This document shows positions 38,211 through 47,564 of a stretch of 64,000 bases of DNA, piece after piece; position 1 is the first letter of the stretch; the number at the start of each line of letters is the position of its first letter. The translations under genes were made by a program, and so were the position numbers. The notes under the pieces are model-generated. The model ran no database searches. It saw only the letters and a list, made by a program, of their open reading frames with translations, and had not been told where the DNA came from. Source of the stretch: Thermoproteota archaeon (lineage in GTDB: Archaea; Korarchaeota; Korarchaeia; Korarchaeales; Korarchaeaceae); contig JALSOH010000009.1 of NCBI GenBank assembly GCA_026986575.1, forward strand, positions 203,444-267,443, given 5' to 3'.

Positions 38211-39301
38211 GTGGGATCCTCTCCCAGTAGGTCTCCAGTGTAGATGTATGCCTTCACCCTCGATCCCCCGCACATGTCTCTGTAGGGACAGGAGCCGCAC
38301 CTACCCCTCAGCTGCGAGGAGTCGCCAGCGGCCCTGTATAGTGGATGGTTCAGAAGCTCCCTGAGATCATCTTGGAGGGCGTTCCCCAGTCTGAAATCCG
38401 TCAGGTAGTTGCTCAGGTAAACATCGCCGGTGGGCGAGATCGAGATGAAACCCCTGCCCTCCACGGAGAGCCTCCTAGTCCGCATTCTCTCCTCAGCGGA
38501 GGAAGTATCGTAGCCCTTCTCCCTGAGTCTCTCCATAACGTAGATGGCGGTGGATGGGTGCAATCCAATATCTATCTCCGCGCCTCCATGAGCATCACCC
38601 AAGATCATCTCATCTATGAACCAGTCGAGCAAGGACCTCCATTCATCCTTAGAAGGGATCTCCTCCCTAAGTAAGGCCCCTCTACCCACCGGTATGAAGT
38701 CGCAGAGGTAAACCGCCTTGGCCCCATACCTCTCGGCCACGTCGAAGAGGTACCTGATATGGGGGAGCACCCTCCTCGCCACCACGGTCTTTATGGTCAG
38801 GTTCAAGCCGTGGTCCCCCAGCAGCTTGAGCGCCTTGATTACCCTTTCGTGGGAACCGGGCATCCTAGTGAAGGCATCGTGCACATCCTCGGGTCCGTAG
38901 AGCGGGATAGCCACGTTGTCCACCCCCAGGTCGGCCAGCTCCCTTGCCACCTTCTCATCAACAAGGGTCCCGTTGGTGCTCAGGATGACCCTGATGCCTA
39001 GATCCTTCAGCTTCCTCAGCAAGATCATTATATCATCCCGGAGGAGGGGTTCCCCTCCGGAGACGAATGTAAGGGGTCGCCCAGCCTCCCCCAGTCTCTC
39101 AGCTATCTTGAGCACCTCCTCAGTGGAGAGCTCGGGCGTGACCCTGCCCCCCTCGTAGCAATGGATGCACCTGAGGTTGCACCGCTCGGTGACGACCCAT
39201 ATCACCGAGCTGATCCCTCCCATCCTCAGGGAGGCCATAGCCGCCCTCTCCGCGGCCGAGAGGGCATCATTACCCGCGAACAGGGACTTGAGATGGGTCA
39301 T
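38192..39301 (-). CDS. Radical SAM/SPASM protein (NirJ/AhbC-related)
   Basis: W.VTERCNLRCIHCY, SGGEPLLR, LSTNGT, GRCGSCPYRDMCGGSR...DPTC. Confidence 0.85.
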   Translation of the reverse strand: MTHLKSLFAGNDALSAAERAAMASLRMGGISSVIWVVTERCNLRCIHCYEGGRVTPELSTEEVLKIAERLGEAGRPLTFVSGGEPLLRDDIMILLRKLKDLGIRVILSTNGTLVDEKVARELADLGVDNVAIPLYGPEDVHDAFTRMPGSHERVIKALKLLGDHGLNLTIKTVVARRVLPHIRYLFDVAERYGAKAVYLCDFIPVGRGALLREEIPSKDEWRSLLDWFIDEMILGDAHGGAEIDIGLHPSTAIYVMERLREKGYDTSSAEERMRTRRLSVEGRGFISISPTGDVYLSNYLTDFRLGNALQDDLRELLNHPLYRAAGDSSQLRGRCGSCPYRDMCGGSRVKAYIYTGDLLGEDPTCLIQD

Positions 39302-39305
39302 AGCA

Positions 39306-39863
39306 TCACCAGCGCATCTCGATCCGTGGCATGATGTACTTGGGGACGAGGATACCAGCCAGCAAGTTGGATGCTAGGGCCACCAGGAAGATGGTAGAGA
39401 CGATGAAGGCGCCGAAGTCTACCAACTTCCCTAGGAAGAGGGTTATGAAGAGGTACTGGTAGATGCCCGCGAGGAAGCTGGAGATAACCATGGTGAGGGC
39501 TATCGGCACTACCCTGTATCTGCCCTCCTCTGCCTCCCTGTAAACTCCCGTGAGCCAGAAGGCGGCATCTATCACCACACCTCTGACGAGGAAGGCCCCC
39601 AAGATCAGGAGGAAGAGGATGGATTGGAAGCTGTATAGAAGTCCCGCGACGAACGATATCGCAGTAGCCGAGTAGGGTTCCCTGATGACCAGAGCACCGA
39701 TCAGGAGCACGATCGCGTAGACTATGGCCCCGTAGCTGACGGTCAGCTTGACGAAAAGGGCCGCCAGGAAGGCCAGAACGGAGAACATGGCAATTAAACT
39801 AACCTTCACGCTAACGCTACGGCTGCGAGGGACCCCCATGCTCCCACTTGGCGGGATCAGCAA
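39306..39863 (-). CDS. Hypothetical membrane protein (ECF S-component-like size and topology)
   Basis: About six TM segments; N-terminal SLIAMFSVL; appears co-transcribed with the radical SAM pair. Confidence 0.55.
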   Translation of the reverse strand: MLIPPSGSMGVPRSRSVSVKVSLIAMFSVLAFLAALFVKLTVSYGAIVYAIVLLIGALVIREPYSATAISFVAGLLYSFQSILFLLILGAFLVRGVVIDAAFWLTGVYREAEEGRYRVVPIALTMVISSFLAGIYQYLFITLFLGKLVDFGAFIVSTIFLVALASNLLAGILVPKYIMPRIEMRW

Positions 39864-39933
39864 TTGCTTTTATATAATAGTTGCGTGTTCGGCAAAAGAG
39901 TACGTAGACCCCACACTTTGGAGGACTCTTGGG

Positions 39934-40338
39934 CTAGGGTTCCAACCTCCTCAACCCTCCCACTTTATCGAAATCCGTATCGTAGCTGACTAGGGTCGTT
40001 ATACCATTCTCAAAGGCGGATGCAGTGTGTATAGAGTCTCTAGGTTTCATTCCGTACTTCTCCATGATCTCCTGAGCCCTTAACAGGGTATTCTTGGTCA
40101 CAGCCAAGAACCTCAGGTGAGGAAAGTTCAGGAAGAGTCTACCAGCTCTTACAGATGATTCCACACCATCCACCTTCCGGACCACCCAGACCAGTTCGTC
40201 CCAGCTCAATGTGGAAGTGTAGGCCATCACCTCACCCGATGCTATCCTCTTCAGGAACTCCCTCGACCTTCTTGCCTCCTCCACCTCGGTGTCGTATATG
40301 AGAGGGTAAATGAAGACGTTCGAATCAACGTAGAGCAA
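39934..40338 (-). CDS. vapC: PIN-domain toxin
   Basis: YVDSNVFI, WDE, PRDSIH, LVSYDTDFD. Confidence 0.92.
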   Translation of the reverse strand: MLYVDSNVFIYPLIYDTEVEEARRSREFLKRIASGEVMAYTSTLSWDELVWVVRKVDGVESSVRAGRLFLNFPHLRFLAVTKNTLLRAQEIMEKYGMKPRDSIHTASAFENGITTLVSYDTDFDKVGGLRRLEP

Positions 40339-40582
40339 ACCTCTCCTCCACCTCCTCCTCGATAACGCGCTCCAGGTCCACTTTCTCCCTCAGCTTGTTT
40401 CGGACTATCCCACAGAATTCCTCTAAAAATTTCTCAGGATCCTTCCCTGGCCTTATCACGATCTCTCCTTCCCTCACCTCGATCAGCACATCATCGCCGG
40501 GGCCTATGCCGAGGGCATCCCTGAACAGCTTCGGTATGACTATCTGACCCCGGGGTCCCACTCTCTTCCTGACTGTAATCAT
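40325..40582 (-). CDS. AbrB/MazE-family antitoxin
   Basis: KRVGPRGQIVIPKLFRDALGIGPGD. Confidence 0.9.
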   Translation of the reverse strand: MITVRKRVGPRGQIVIPKLFRDALGIGPGDDVLIEVREGEIVIRPGKDPEKFLEEFCGIVRNKLREKVDLERVIEEEVEERFALR

Positions 40583-40797
40583 ACTGGTCGATATGAATAA
40601 TTCCTACACCATAGTTAAATTTTGCTTCGGTCCCGTCCCCGCCGTTAGGAGCACCTCCGATAATGTAGAGGCGCGCTCTGGCATGCATGTTGCATACATG
40701 AAATGGGAAGAGGCGCCATGCCGGCGGTAGAAGCTACGAGATGAATTTTAGTGCCTGAATCCGGGTAGATGAAAAAGCAGAAAAGGTAGAGGGGGAT

Positions 40798-42672
40798 TCA
40801 GGAGGGTAGGACCCCCATCTGCTCCATCCTGTCGGCCACTTCCTTCAGGCCGAGCCTCTCTAGGGTCTCCCTGGTGGGCCTGCCCTTGATCCAGCCCCTC
40901 ACTTGGTAATACTCGGGAAGCATCTCGCCCAGCCTAGCTACGTGTCCCTTAGAGGGGCCGCCAGGTATGGGCACCTTGGTCAACCTGTCAGGCAGGGTAT
41001 CATACTCCTCCCCATCCCCGAAAGCCATTGCGTTAAATGCCCTCTCGGCGTTGTAGATGCGCTCTCCCACGGTCCTGAACTCCTCGGGAGTCATGTCCCA
41101 TCCGGTCACGGCGCTCACTTGGGCAGCGAGCTCCTGATCCCAGTAGGCGAAAGTGACGAACTTGCACACCACCATGCTGTCCAACGCCGCGAACACGTCC
41201 TGGAACTCCTTCAGGAGCTCAGCTTTGCCCTCGGTGGTGTATGGGTCGAGCTTCTTGGGAACTCCCAATATCTCGGGGGAGATCATGTAGGCCCTGAGAT
41301 GGCATCCTCCCCTGTTGCTGGTCGCGTAACCGAGAGCGTGACCCTGCACCCCTCTCGGGTCGTAAGCGGGAAGGGACTGCCCCCTCACATGCATGGAGAA
41401 CTCAGGCTTTCCATACTTCTTGGCCAATCTGTAGCCTCCGAGCGAGATGTCATCTCCGAAACCGCTCCTGTAGGCGGCGCGCCATGTCATCTCCACCACT
41501 GCCTGTGGGTTTCCGAAGTTAAGCTCCACACCGTCCAGCCTCTCCTTCTCCTCTTCCGGTATGGCTCCCTTCTCGTAGAGCTCCATCGCAACCGCTATTG
41601 CATTTCCGGTCTCTATAGTGTCCATCCCTAGCTCGTTGCACAGGAAGTTCGCCTTGGTGACGGCATCGAGATCGCCAGTTCCCGTGTTAGCACCGAGGGC
41701 CCAGACCGTCTCGTACTCCGGTCCATCACCGATCCCGGCCCAAGGTTTCTTCGTCTTGGAGAACCTGCCGCACGCTATTATGCATCCCCAGCACGGTTGC
41801 TTCTTCAGCAGGATCTCAGCAGCGATCCTCTCACCGCTGAGGTTCTCCGCCTCCTCAAACACGGCCTCCTGGAAGTTCCTGGTCGGGAATATGCCCGCCT
41901 GGTTAATTATGTTCACGAGAACGGCGGTTCCATAGTTCGGAAGTGCCTCGTTGGTGACACCGCTCTGCTTCTTCTTGTCCACGGCATCCCTCAGCACCTC
42001 CTGGAACTTCTGCTCGTCCCCTATCGGCACCTTCATGCTCCCCACAGCAACTATGGCCTTCAGCTTCTTGGAGCCCCAAACGGCGCCGTGAGCGCCCCTA
42101 CCAGCGGCTCTCCCCATGTCGTTTATTATCGCTGCCAGCAGGGAGAGCCTCTCACCGGCGGGCCCTATGCAGGCCACCTTTGCGTTCTTCCCATGCCTCT
42201 TCTCCAGTATCCTAGTGGTCTCGTGAGTGTCCTTGCCCCAGAGGTCCTTGGCGTCCCTCAGTTCAGCTTTCCCTTCCTCCAGCACGAGGTACACGGGCTC
42301 CTCTGATGCTCCCTCCAGTATGACCAGATCGAAGCCAGCGAACTTCATGTAGGGCCCGAAGTGCCCTCCGGACTGGGAGTCGTGCACCGTGTTTGTCAGG
42401 GGTGACTTGGTCACGCTCGTCCATCTGCCGGCCTCCAGTCCAGCAGCAACACCAGTTACAGGTCCGGTGAGGACGAAAGCCTTGTTCTCAGGGCTCAGGG
42501 GATCTACTCTAGGATCCACTTCCTTCAGCATCAGGTAAACTCCTAGACCCCTGCCTCCAATCCACTGCCTCATTACCTCCTCGGGTACTAGGTCGAAAGT
42601 GTTCCCGACGGTGACCTTGCCCGAGGTCAGATCGACCCGGGCGTACCTACCCATATACCCGCCTTTGGGCAG
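40798..42672 (-). CDS. aor: Tungsten-type aldehyde:ferredoxin oxidoreductase
   Basis: IGGRGLG, KSPLT, GRAAGRG..GAVWGSKKLKA, PCWGCIIAC, GPEYE, GMDTIE, RGGCHL. Probable CTG start at 42672; first ATG at 42654. Confidence 0.92.
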   Translation of the reverse strand: MPKGGYMGRYARVDLTSGKVTVGNTFDLVPEEVMRQWIGGRGLGVYLMLKEVDPRVDPLSPENKAFVLTGPVTGVAAGLEAGRWTSVTKSPLTNTVHDSQSGGHFGPYMKFAGFDLVILEGASEEPVYLVLEEGKAELRDAKDLWGKDTHETTRILEKRHGKNAKVACIGPAGERLSLLAAIINDMGRAAGRGAHGAVWGSKKLKAIVAVGSMKVPIGDEQKFQEVLRDAVDKKKQSGVTNEALPNYGTAVLVNIINQAGIFPTRNFQEAVFEEAENLSGERIAAEILLKKQPCWGCIIACGRFSKTKKPWAGIGDGPEYETVWALGANTGTGDLDAVTKANFLCNELGMDTIETGNAIAVAMELYEKGAIPEEEKERLDGVELNFGNPQAVVEMTWRAAYRSGFGDDISLGGYRLAKKYGKPEFSMHVRGQSLPAYDPRGVQGHALGYATSNRGGCHLRAYMISPEILGVPKKLDPYTTEGKAELLKEFQDVFAALDSMVVCKFVTFAYWDQELAAQVSAVTGWDMTPEEFRTVGERIYNAERAFNAMAFGDGEEYDTLPDRLTKVPIPGGPSKGHVARLGEMLPEYYQVRGWIKGRPTRETLERLGLKEVADRMEQMGVLPS

Positions 42673-42831
42673 AAAACATCACCTATTGAGAATGAAGGGA
42701 AATCTAATATAACGTTTTAGAGTAAATAGTTCATACGGTTTCCTTTTAGTGATAACGTTAGAACATTCTCATTATCTTCCAATGAGATAACGCGCGTGGG
42801 ATCTGGTGGGTGAAGAGGGAGGAGGGGACCC

Positions 42832-44685
42832 CTAACCGGATGAGTCCCTCCACGCCCTGAATCTCTCACTCAGGAGGCCAAAAAATTCGAACGCGGGCTT
42901 TATTATGATGAGGGCGGTTCTCCTATTTTTAACCAGCAGGTAGGCCGTTAGCATGAAGGTAGAGATGGCCAGTATATCTAAAGCTATCTGGGCGAATGGG
43001 AGGAAAGCCACTATCGTAGGCGGCAGAGCTCCCATCGCGGAGAGGCCCTTCATCGCCTCTATGACCGCTGGCGAGGAGATTAGCGCTATGAGAGAGGTGA
43101 CGAGCGTTAGGAGCTCCACAACCTCAAGCTCGTATGCCACCACACCTAGAGAGATGGTGGCGGCTAGGATGAATAGCACCCCACCGAAGGCCACATCCGG
43201 GGACACGACGGCCAGTACAAAGGCAGCCATACCCGTCAGGAGTACAGAGGTCAGAGGAAGAGCCACCTTCTCCTCCATGCCCGCCATCTTCTCTAGCCTC
43301 GTCACGCTCCAAGCTATGGCGATCATGGAAATTAGTACACCGAAATCGGTGAGCTCCACGAGGTAAGTGGCATCCGCGGATAGGAGGATGAGCACGAAGA
43401 AGGCCACCAGGTACCTGCCCACCGGAGATTCAGCCACCTCCCTCCTGACATCGAAGATGTCGATCAGCATCTCCCTTAGGTGATTTGATGCAGTGACCAG
43501 GGCAGGGATGAACGTGGTCGCTATGCCCAAGAGTAGTGCTCCCTCGGTCAGGGCCCTAGCCCAGCCGGTGGTCAGGTCCACGGCTGGTATGGGTGTCTCG
43601 GGAACCTCTCCAAGCAGGTAGATAGCGAGCGAGTACACGATGAAAAGAGCCGCGGGCAGCACCACGCTGATGGCGAGAGCGTTCTTCAACAACCTCTCCC
43701 TCTCATCCCCCGTTCCCGGGATCCCCTCTGCTAGACTCTGTATCTCTTGAAAACCGAAAACGACCATATACACGAAGGCCATCGCTGGCAGGGCATCAAG
43801 CGAGAGGAGGGGGCCGGGAGAGGGATGACCACTCGCAGGTGACGCTAGGAGGGTTCCTATGTGTACCACGAAAAGTAAAACGAAGAAGGGACCCAGTACG
43901 TACTGAAGCTTAACGAGCGACGCCTCGTCGTTGGCGTACTTGAGGGCGACCAGGGTGAGAACGAATATGAGGATCTTGAGAGGGGTGTTCAGGCCAGGCG
44001 CCATGTCCTCCCTGCCGATGAGGGCTAATGCGTCCGGTACTATGTATGAGGTGACGACGTCCATCAGGACTAGCATGTTGAAGGCCGCTAGGGATGTGTT
44101 GGCCACCCACATGCTGAACCTGGACGCCAAGTAGGAGGGGTGCTTGGGTCCGTAGGCCCTCCTGACGAAGGCCGGTCCGCCCACGGCCGAGCCGCCCATA
44201 TCTTGGGTGAGCCTGTCCATCCTTGCATAGAGGAGCGCGAGGAGGAGGGCCGATGTGGAGGCTAGCACCACTCCCCAGATCGAGCTGAAGCCGTACCTCT
44301 TGACGGCCTCGGGCAGTACCACGAAGACGGATGGGCCAAGTGTAGCCCCTATTCCGAATATTATGAGTTGGCCTAGACCATACTTTGCTCCCAGATGGAC
44401 CCTCGCACCCGTCCTCTCCTCGCCCCCGAAGTTGATGAGTATCCTAAGAGCTAGGGCGAGGGTGAGCAGCAAAGGCACGATGAGCAGCACCAAGTAGAGT
44501 AGGGGGATCCCCGGTGACAGGACGAATATGTCTACCAGCAGGGGGAAGGCCATGAAGAGACTCAGTAGCCCCGGGCTCTCCTCGAAGGAGAGAAGACCAA
44601 AGGCTACCAGCAGCACCAGCGCGGCCAGAGCCGCCAAGACACCTATGACCACCATCAGGTAGTCCATCACACCTCTTATCCTCAT
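42832..44685 (-). CDS. APC-superfamily permease with extra N-terminal TM segments
   Basis: FGIGATLGPSVFV TM1-like motif, GGPAFVRRAYG, FVYMVVFGFQEIQSLAE. Confidence 0.7.
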   Translation of the reverse strand: MRIRGVMDYLMVVIGVLAALAALVLLVAFGLLSFEESPGLLSLFMAFPLLVDIFVLSPGIPLLYLVLLIVPLLLTLALALRILINFGGEERTGARVHLGAKYGLGQLIIFGIGATLGPSVFVVLPEAVKRYGFSSIWGVVLASTSALLLALLYARMDRLTQDMGGSAVGGPAFVRRAYGPKHPSYLASRFSMWVANTSLAAFNMLVLMDVVTSYIVPDALALIGREDMAPGLNTPLKILIFVLTLVALKYANDEASLVKLQYVLGPFFVLLFVVHIGTLLASPASGHPSPGPLLSLDALPAMAFVYMVVFGFQEIQSLAEGIPGTGDERERLLKNALAISVVLPAALFIVYSLAIYLLGEVPETPIPAVDLTTGWARALTEGALLLGIATTFIPALVTASNHLREMLIDIFDVRREVAESPVGRYLVAFFVLILLSADATYLVELTDFGVLISMIAIAWSVTRLEKMAGMEEKVALPLTSVLLTGMAAFVLAVVSPDVAFGGVLFILAATISLGVVAYELEVVELLTLVTSLIALISSPAVIEAMKGLSAMGALPPTIVAFLPFAQIALDILAISTFMLTAYLLVKNRRTALIIIKPAFEFFGLLSERFRAWRDSSG

Positions 44686-45179
44686 CTCCCGCCGCCCCAG
44701 TGCTCCTCATACGCCTGTCTCAGGATGTGGGCCTGATAGAAGGCGACGACAGCGACTACGAGCATAGCGAAGCCGAGCAGCTTCATGACAGGATCGGCGA
44801 CTCCCAGCAGGTCAGGGTTCTGGGCCACAGCCTCCAAGAACGAACGCATCATCTGGGAAGTGTTACCCGAGACGGCGTAAGCCGGTGTGAGCAGATATAT
44901 GCCGGCTATAAGGGACATAGCAGCTACGACCACCCAAGCCACTTGGAGCAGAAGGAAGTAGATCCTGTTCACCATCCAAGGATTGCAGATCAGTATCCTC
45001 AAGCTCCTCATTCTCCTAGTCTCGGACTTCCTCAGCTCCTCCGCCAGCTCCCTCGCTTCTCGGGGGGTGAGGGAGTCCAGCGCTCTCATAATGTCCGCTA
45101 CCTTCTCGGACCTCGACCCCAACTCGGACATCCCGCTCACTCCTGGGTCTAAAAGATAAACACTCCGGCCAGCGACCAC
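44682..45179 (-). CDS. Hypothetical two-TM membrane protein (start may be ~45131)
   Basis: Two hydrophobic helices; ATGA overlap with the permease gene. Confidence 0.6.
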   Translation of the reverse strand: MVAGRSVYLLDPGVSGMSELGSRSEKVADIMRALDSLTPREARELAEELRKSETRRMRSLRILICNPWMVNRIYFLLLQVAWVVVAAMSLIAGIYLLTPAYAVSGNTSQMMRSFLEAVAQNPDLLGVADPVMKLLGFAMLVVAVVAFYQAHILRQAYEEHWGGGR

Positions 45180-45218
45180 CTATGGGTGGGAGGAGATGTA
45201 GCCAGGTAAGAAAAAGGA

Positions 45219-47423
45219 TTATGGGGTGATGATGGTCAGCTCAAAACTCTCCACCAGACCGTTCCTGTTAGTGTCCGACCACTTCACCAGAAAGATGCCC
45301 TCGTATCCTAGACTCCTCACATGGTTTACAGCCCATATTAGCCCTGCCCTCGTCCCATACCTGGTGACCCCGGCGACCCTTACATCCCTCGTCGAGCAGT
45401 CCACCAGCACGACGGCGTAGTCCTCGTGACCGTAGGCGGCCCTGTAAACTCTCCCCCCGTACTTCATGGCCGTGTACTTCCTCCCCTCTCTGATGAACGT
45501 GACGCCGTATCTCTCCCAGCGGAAAGGGATCTTGTCCGGTCCACCTACGTAAAGGAAGGGCCCGTGGTAAATCCCACTGCTCCAGTTAACGTTGATTATG
45601 TAGCCCCTCAGCATTGAGAGGATGTCCTCGTTGAACCTGAAATCGGAGAGGGCAGTCACATAGTAGTGAGATCGAGGGAACTGGTTCATTGAGAGAACGC
45701 ACTGCATCCTGCCTGGATCGGGCGTCTTGATCCTCCTTCTCGGTTCTTCCTCCGATACTTCAGGGCCTAAATGGCCCTTCAAGTCAGGTGTCTTCCTTAG
45801 GAATGTCCTGCTGAGCGAGAGGGATGAATCGCTGACTAATAGGGAGCTGTCGCTGGCCGTGAGGGCGGGCGTCACGAGAGTCAGGGTGCTGTCGGTCATT
45901 GAGAGGGATATGATTTGATAGGTCAGAGAGGAGTTCTCGAAGGTGAATTCGGGATCTATGGATACTTGGTTGAGGAGCCAGTATATCCTCGTCACCATGG
46001 CGTCCTTCGCACCCGAGCCCATGGTGTCGGTGAATCCTCCCAGGTATATGTAGTCGTCCAAGCCAATTATCTCATTCATCCACTCGTTTCCCGCTCCTCC
46101 GTAGCGCCTCGATGCAACCAAATTCAGATCCGCGTCCAGCTTCAGGACTAGAGAATCCCTGCTCCCCCTACCCTCGGAATCGGTGAAGCCGACGACGTAT
46201 ATGTGTCCCTTGTAGGGCCTCAGGGTCGCGAAACCGTCATCAGCAGCTCCCCCATAGGCCCTCTGATCTATGAGGTTCAGGTCCCTGTCGAACTTGACGA
46301 GCAAGCCGTCGTGTCCTCCCGAACCGGCGGAATCGACCCAGCCAGCCACGTAAAGATATCCTCCTGAAGCCGCCACTCCGTAGAAGAAGTCGTAACTTGG
46401 CCCCCCGTATATCTTCGCCGCTATGAGGTTCAGGTCCCTGTCGAACTTGACGATAAGCCCGTCTTCGTTACCGAAACCGTTTTTGGTCACACCCACGGCA
46501 TAGATGTAGTCACCGCTGAGGGTCACATAGTGGAAGCCATCGTAGGTTGAGCTTCCTAAGGCCTTCACGGCTAACACATTCAGGTCCTTGTCCATCTTCA
46601 CGATATACGCGTCGTAATCTCCCAATCCAGCGGATAAGGTGTAACCCACCGCATAGAGGTACTGGTCGTCGCCTGTTATCTCGTAGAACCAGTCGTGAGT
46701 AGCGCCTCCTATCACCTTCTTTGCCACCACGTTCAGATCCTTATCGAACTTGACGACGAACGCATCGTATCCGCCGGCCCCCTCGGAGTAGGTGTAACCG
46801 ACTGCATAGATATACTCCCCGTCGGAGTGGGCGCCGTAGAATCCCTCCCAGCTTGAGCCACCGTAGATCTTAGCCTTGACGGCGTTCAGTTTCTCATCAA
46901 ACTTCACTATCAGCCCGTCATAACCGCCGAATCCGGTCGAGAGCGTGTAACCCGCCATGTAAATACTCTCCCCATCCGTGGTCGCTGCGTAGAACTCGTC
47001 ATAATTTCCCCCACCGTAAGCGATGCCCCTGTCCATAGTGGCGACCTCGTCGCTCTCGCTTCCTGCCAGTGGGTTCCCGTAGTGCATTAGGATTCGGTTG
47101 TCACCTGGCATCACCTCCGGAACTTGAATCCAGACCTTGGTGTTGAACGTCCCGCAGCCAGACTCTATCCAGTAAGGGAGCGGATTTCCATCGAGATCGG
47201 CGAATCTGAGGTCGCCGCAGTCAGGCCTCATCAAACCATCGTCTATTAGCTTCTTGGAGTTCATGGTGAGTAGTATCTGATGATCGATCAACTTGTTGTA
47301 TGGATTCTTGATTTCAACGTATCTTGCCTTCTCCCATCCAGCGTAATCAGATCCACCAGCGGGGAGCACCATTATCAGGGTGATGATGAGCAGTATTGCA
47401 CTGCCCACTTGCCCTTTAAGCAT
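45219..47423 (-). CDS. Secreted DUF2341-domain plus beta-propeller protein with conserved C-terminal S-layer-like domain
   Basis: Signal from ATG 47423; DCGDLRF...LPYWIE..W..VP...YGNP (DUF2341); repeated YGG..D.F....YIY.VG.T.S.G.G..D...KFD; C-terminal VGGP...RVAGVTRYGTRAGLIW...WSDTNRNG. Confidence 0.8.
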   Translation of the reverse strand: MLKGQVGSAILLIITLIMVLPAGGSDYAGWEKARYVEIKNPYNKLIDHQILLTMNSKKLIDDGLMRPDCGDLRFADLDGNPLPYWIESGCGTFNTKVWIQVPEVMPGDNRILMHYGNPLAGSESDEVATMDRGIAYGGGNYDEFYAATTDGESIYMAGYTLSTGFGGYDGLIVKFDEKLNAVKAKIYGGSSWEGFYGAHSDGEYIYAVGYTYSEGAGGYDAFVVKFDKDLNVVAKKVIGGATHDWFYEITGDDQYLYAVGYTLSAGLGDYDAYIVKMDKDLNVLAVKALGSSTYDGFHYVTLSGDYIYAVGVTKNGFGNEDGLIVKFDRDLNLIAAKIYGGPSYDFFYGVAASGGYLYVAGWVDSAGSGGHDGLLVKFDRDLNLIDQRAYGGAADDGFATLRPYKGHIYVVGFTDSEGRGSRDSLVLKLDADLNLVASRRYGGAGNEWMNEIIGLDDYIYLGGFTDTMGSGAKDAMVTRIYWLLNQVSIDPEFTFENSSLTYQIISLSMTDSTLTLVTPALTASDSSLLVSDSSLSLSRTFLRKTPDLKGHLGPEVSEEEPRRRIKTPDPGRMQCVLSMNQFPRSHYYVTALSDFRFNEDILSMLRGYIINVNWSSGIYHGPFLYVGGPDKIPFRWERYGVTFIREGRKYTAMKYGGRVYRAAYGHEDYAVVLVDCSTRDVRVAGVTRYGTRAGLIWAVNHVRSLGYEGIFLVKWSDTNRNGLVESFELTIITP

Positions 47424-47564
47424 TATACCACGTGACGGATTGGCCCGGATTTTATAATTAGATTGGTGAGAAGATATCTTCAAGGGATATAACGCCATTA
47501 TTATCCCGTGATACCACTAGCAAGTTTTAATTAAATAATTGGTTTATTTTACTTAGGTGAGGGT

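Noticed and set aside
46268-46452. Repeated ~32-bp sequence TATGAGGTTCAGGTCCCTGTCGAACTTGACGA
   Set aside because: Explained by propeller-blade repeats (VKFDRDLNLI) inside the CDS.
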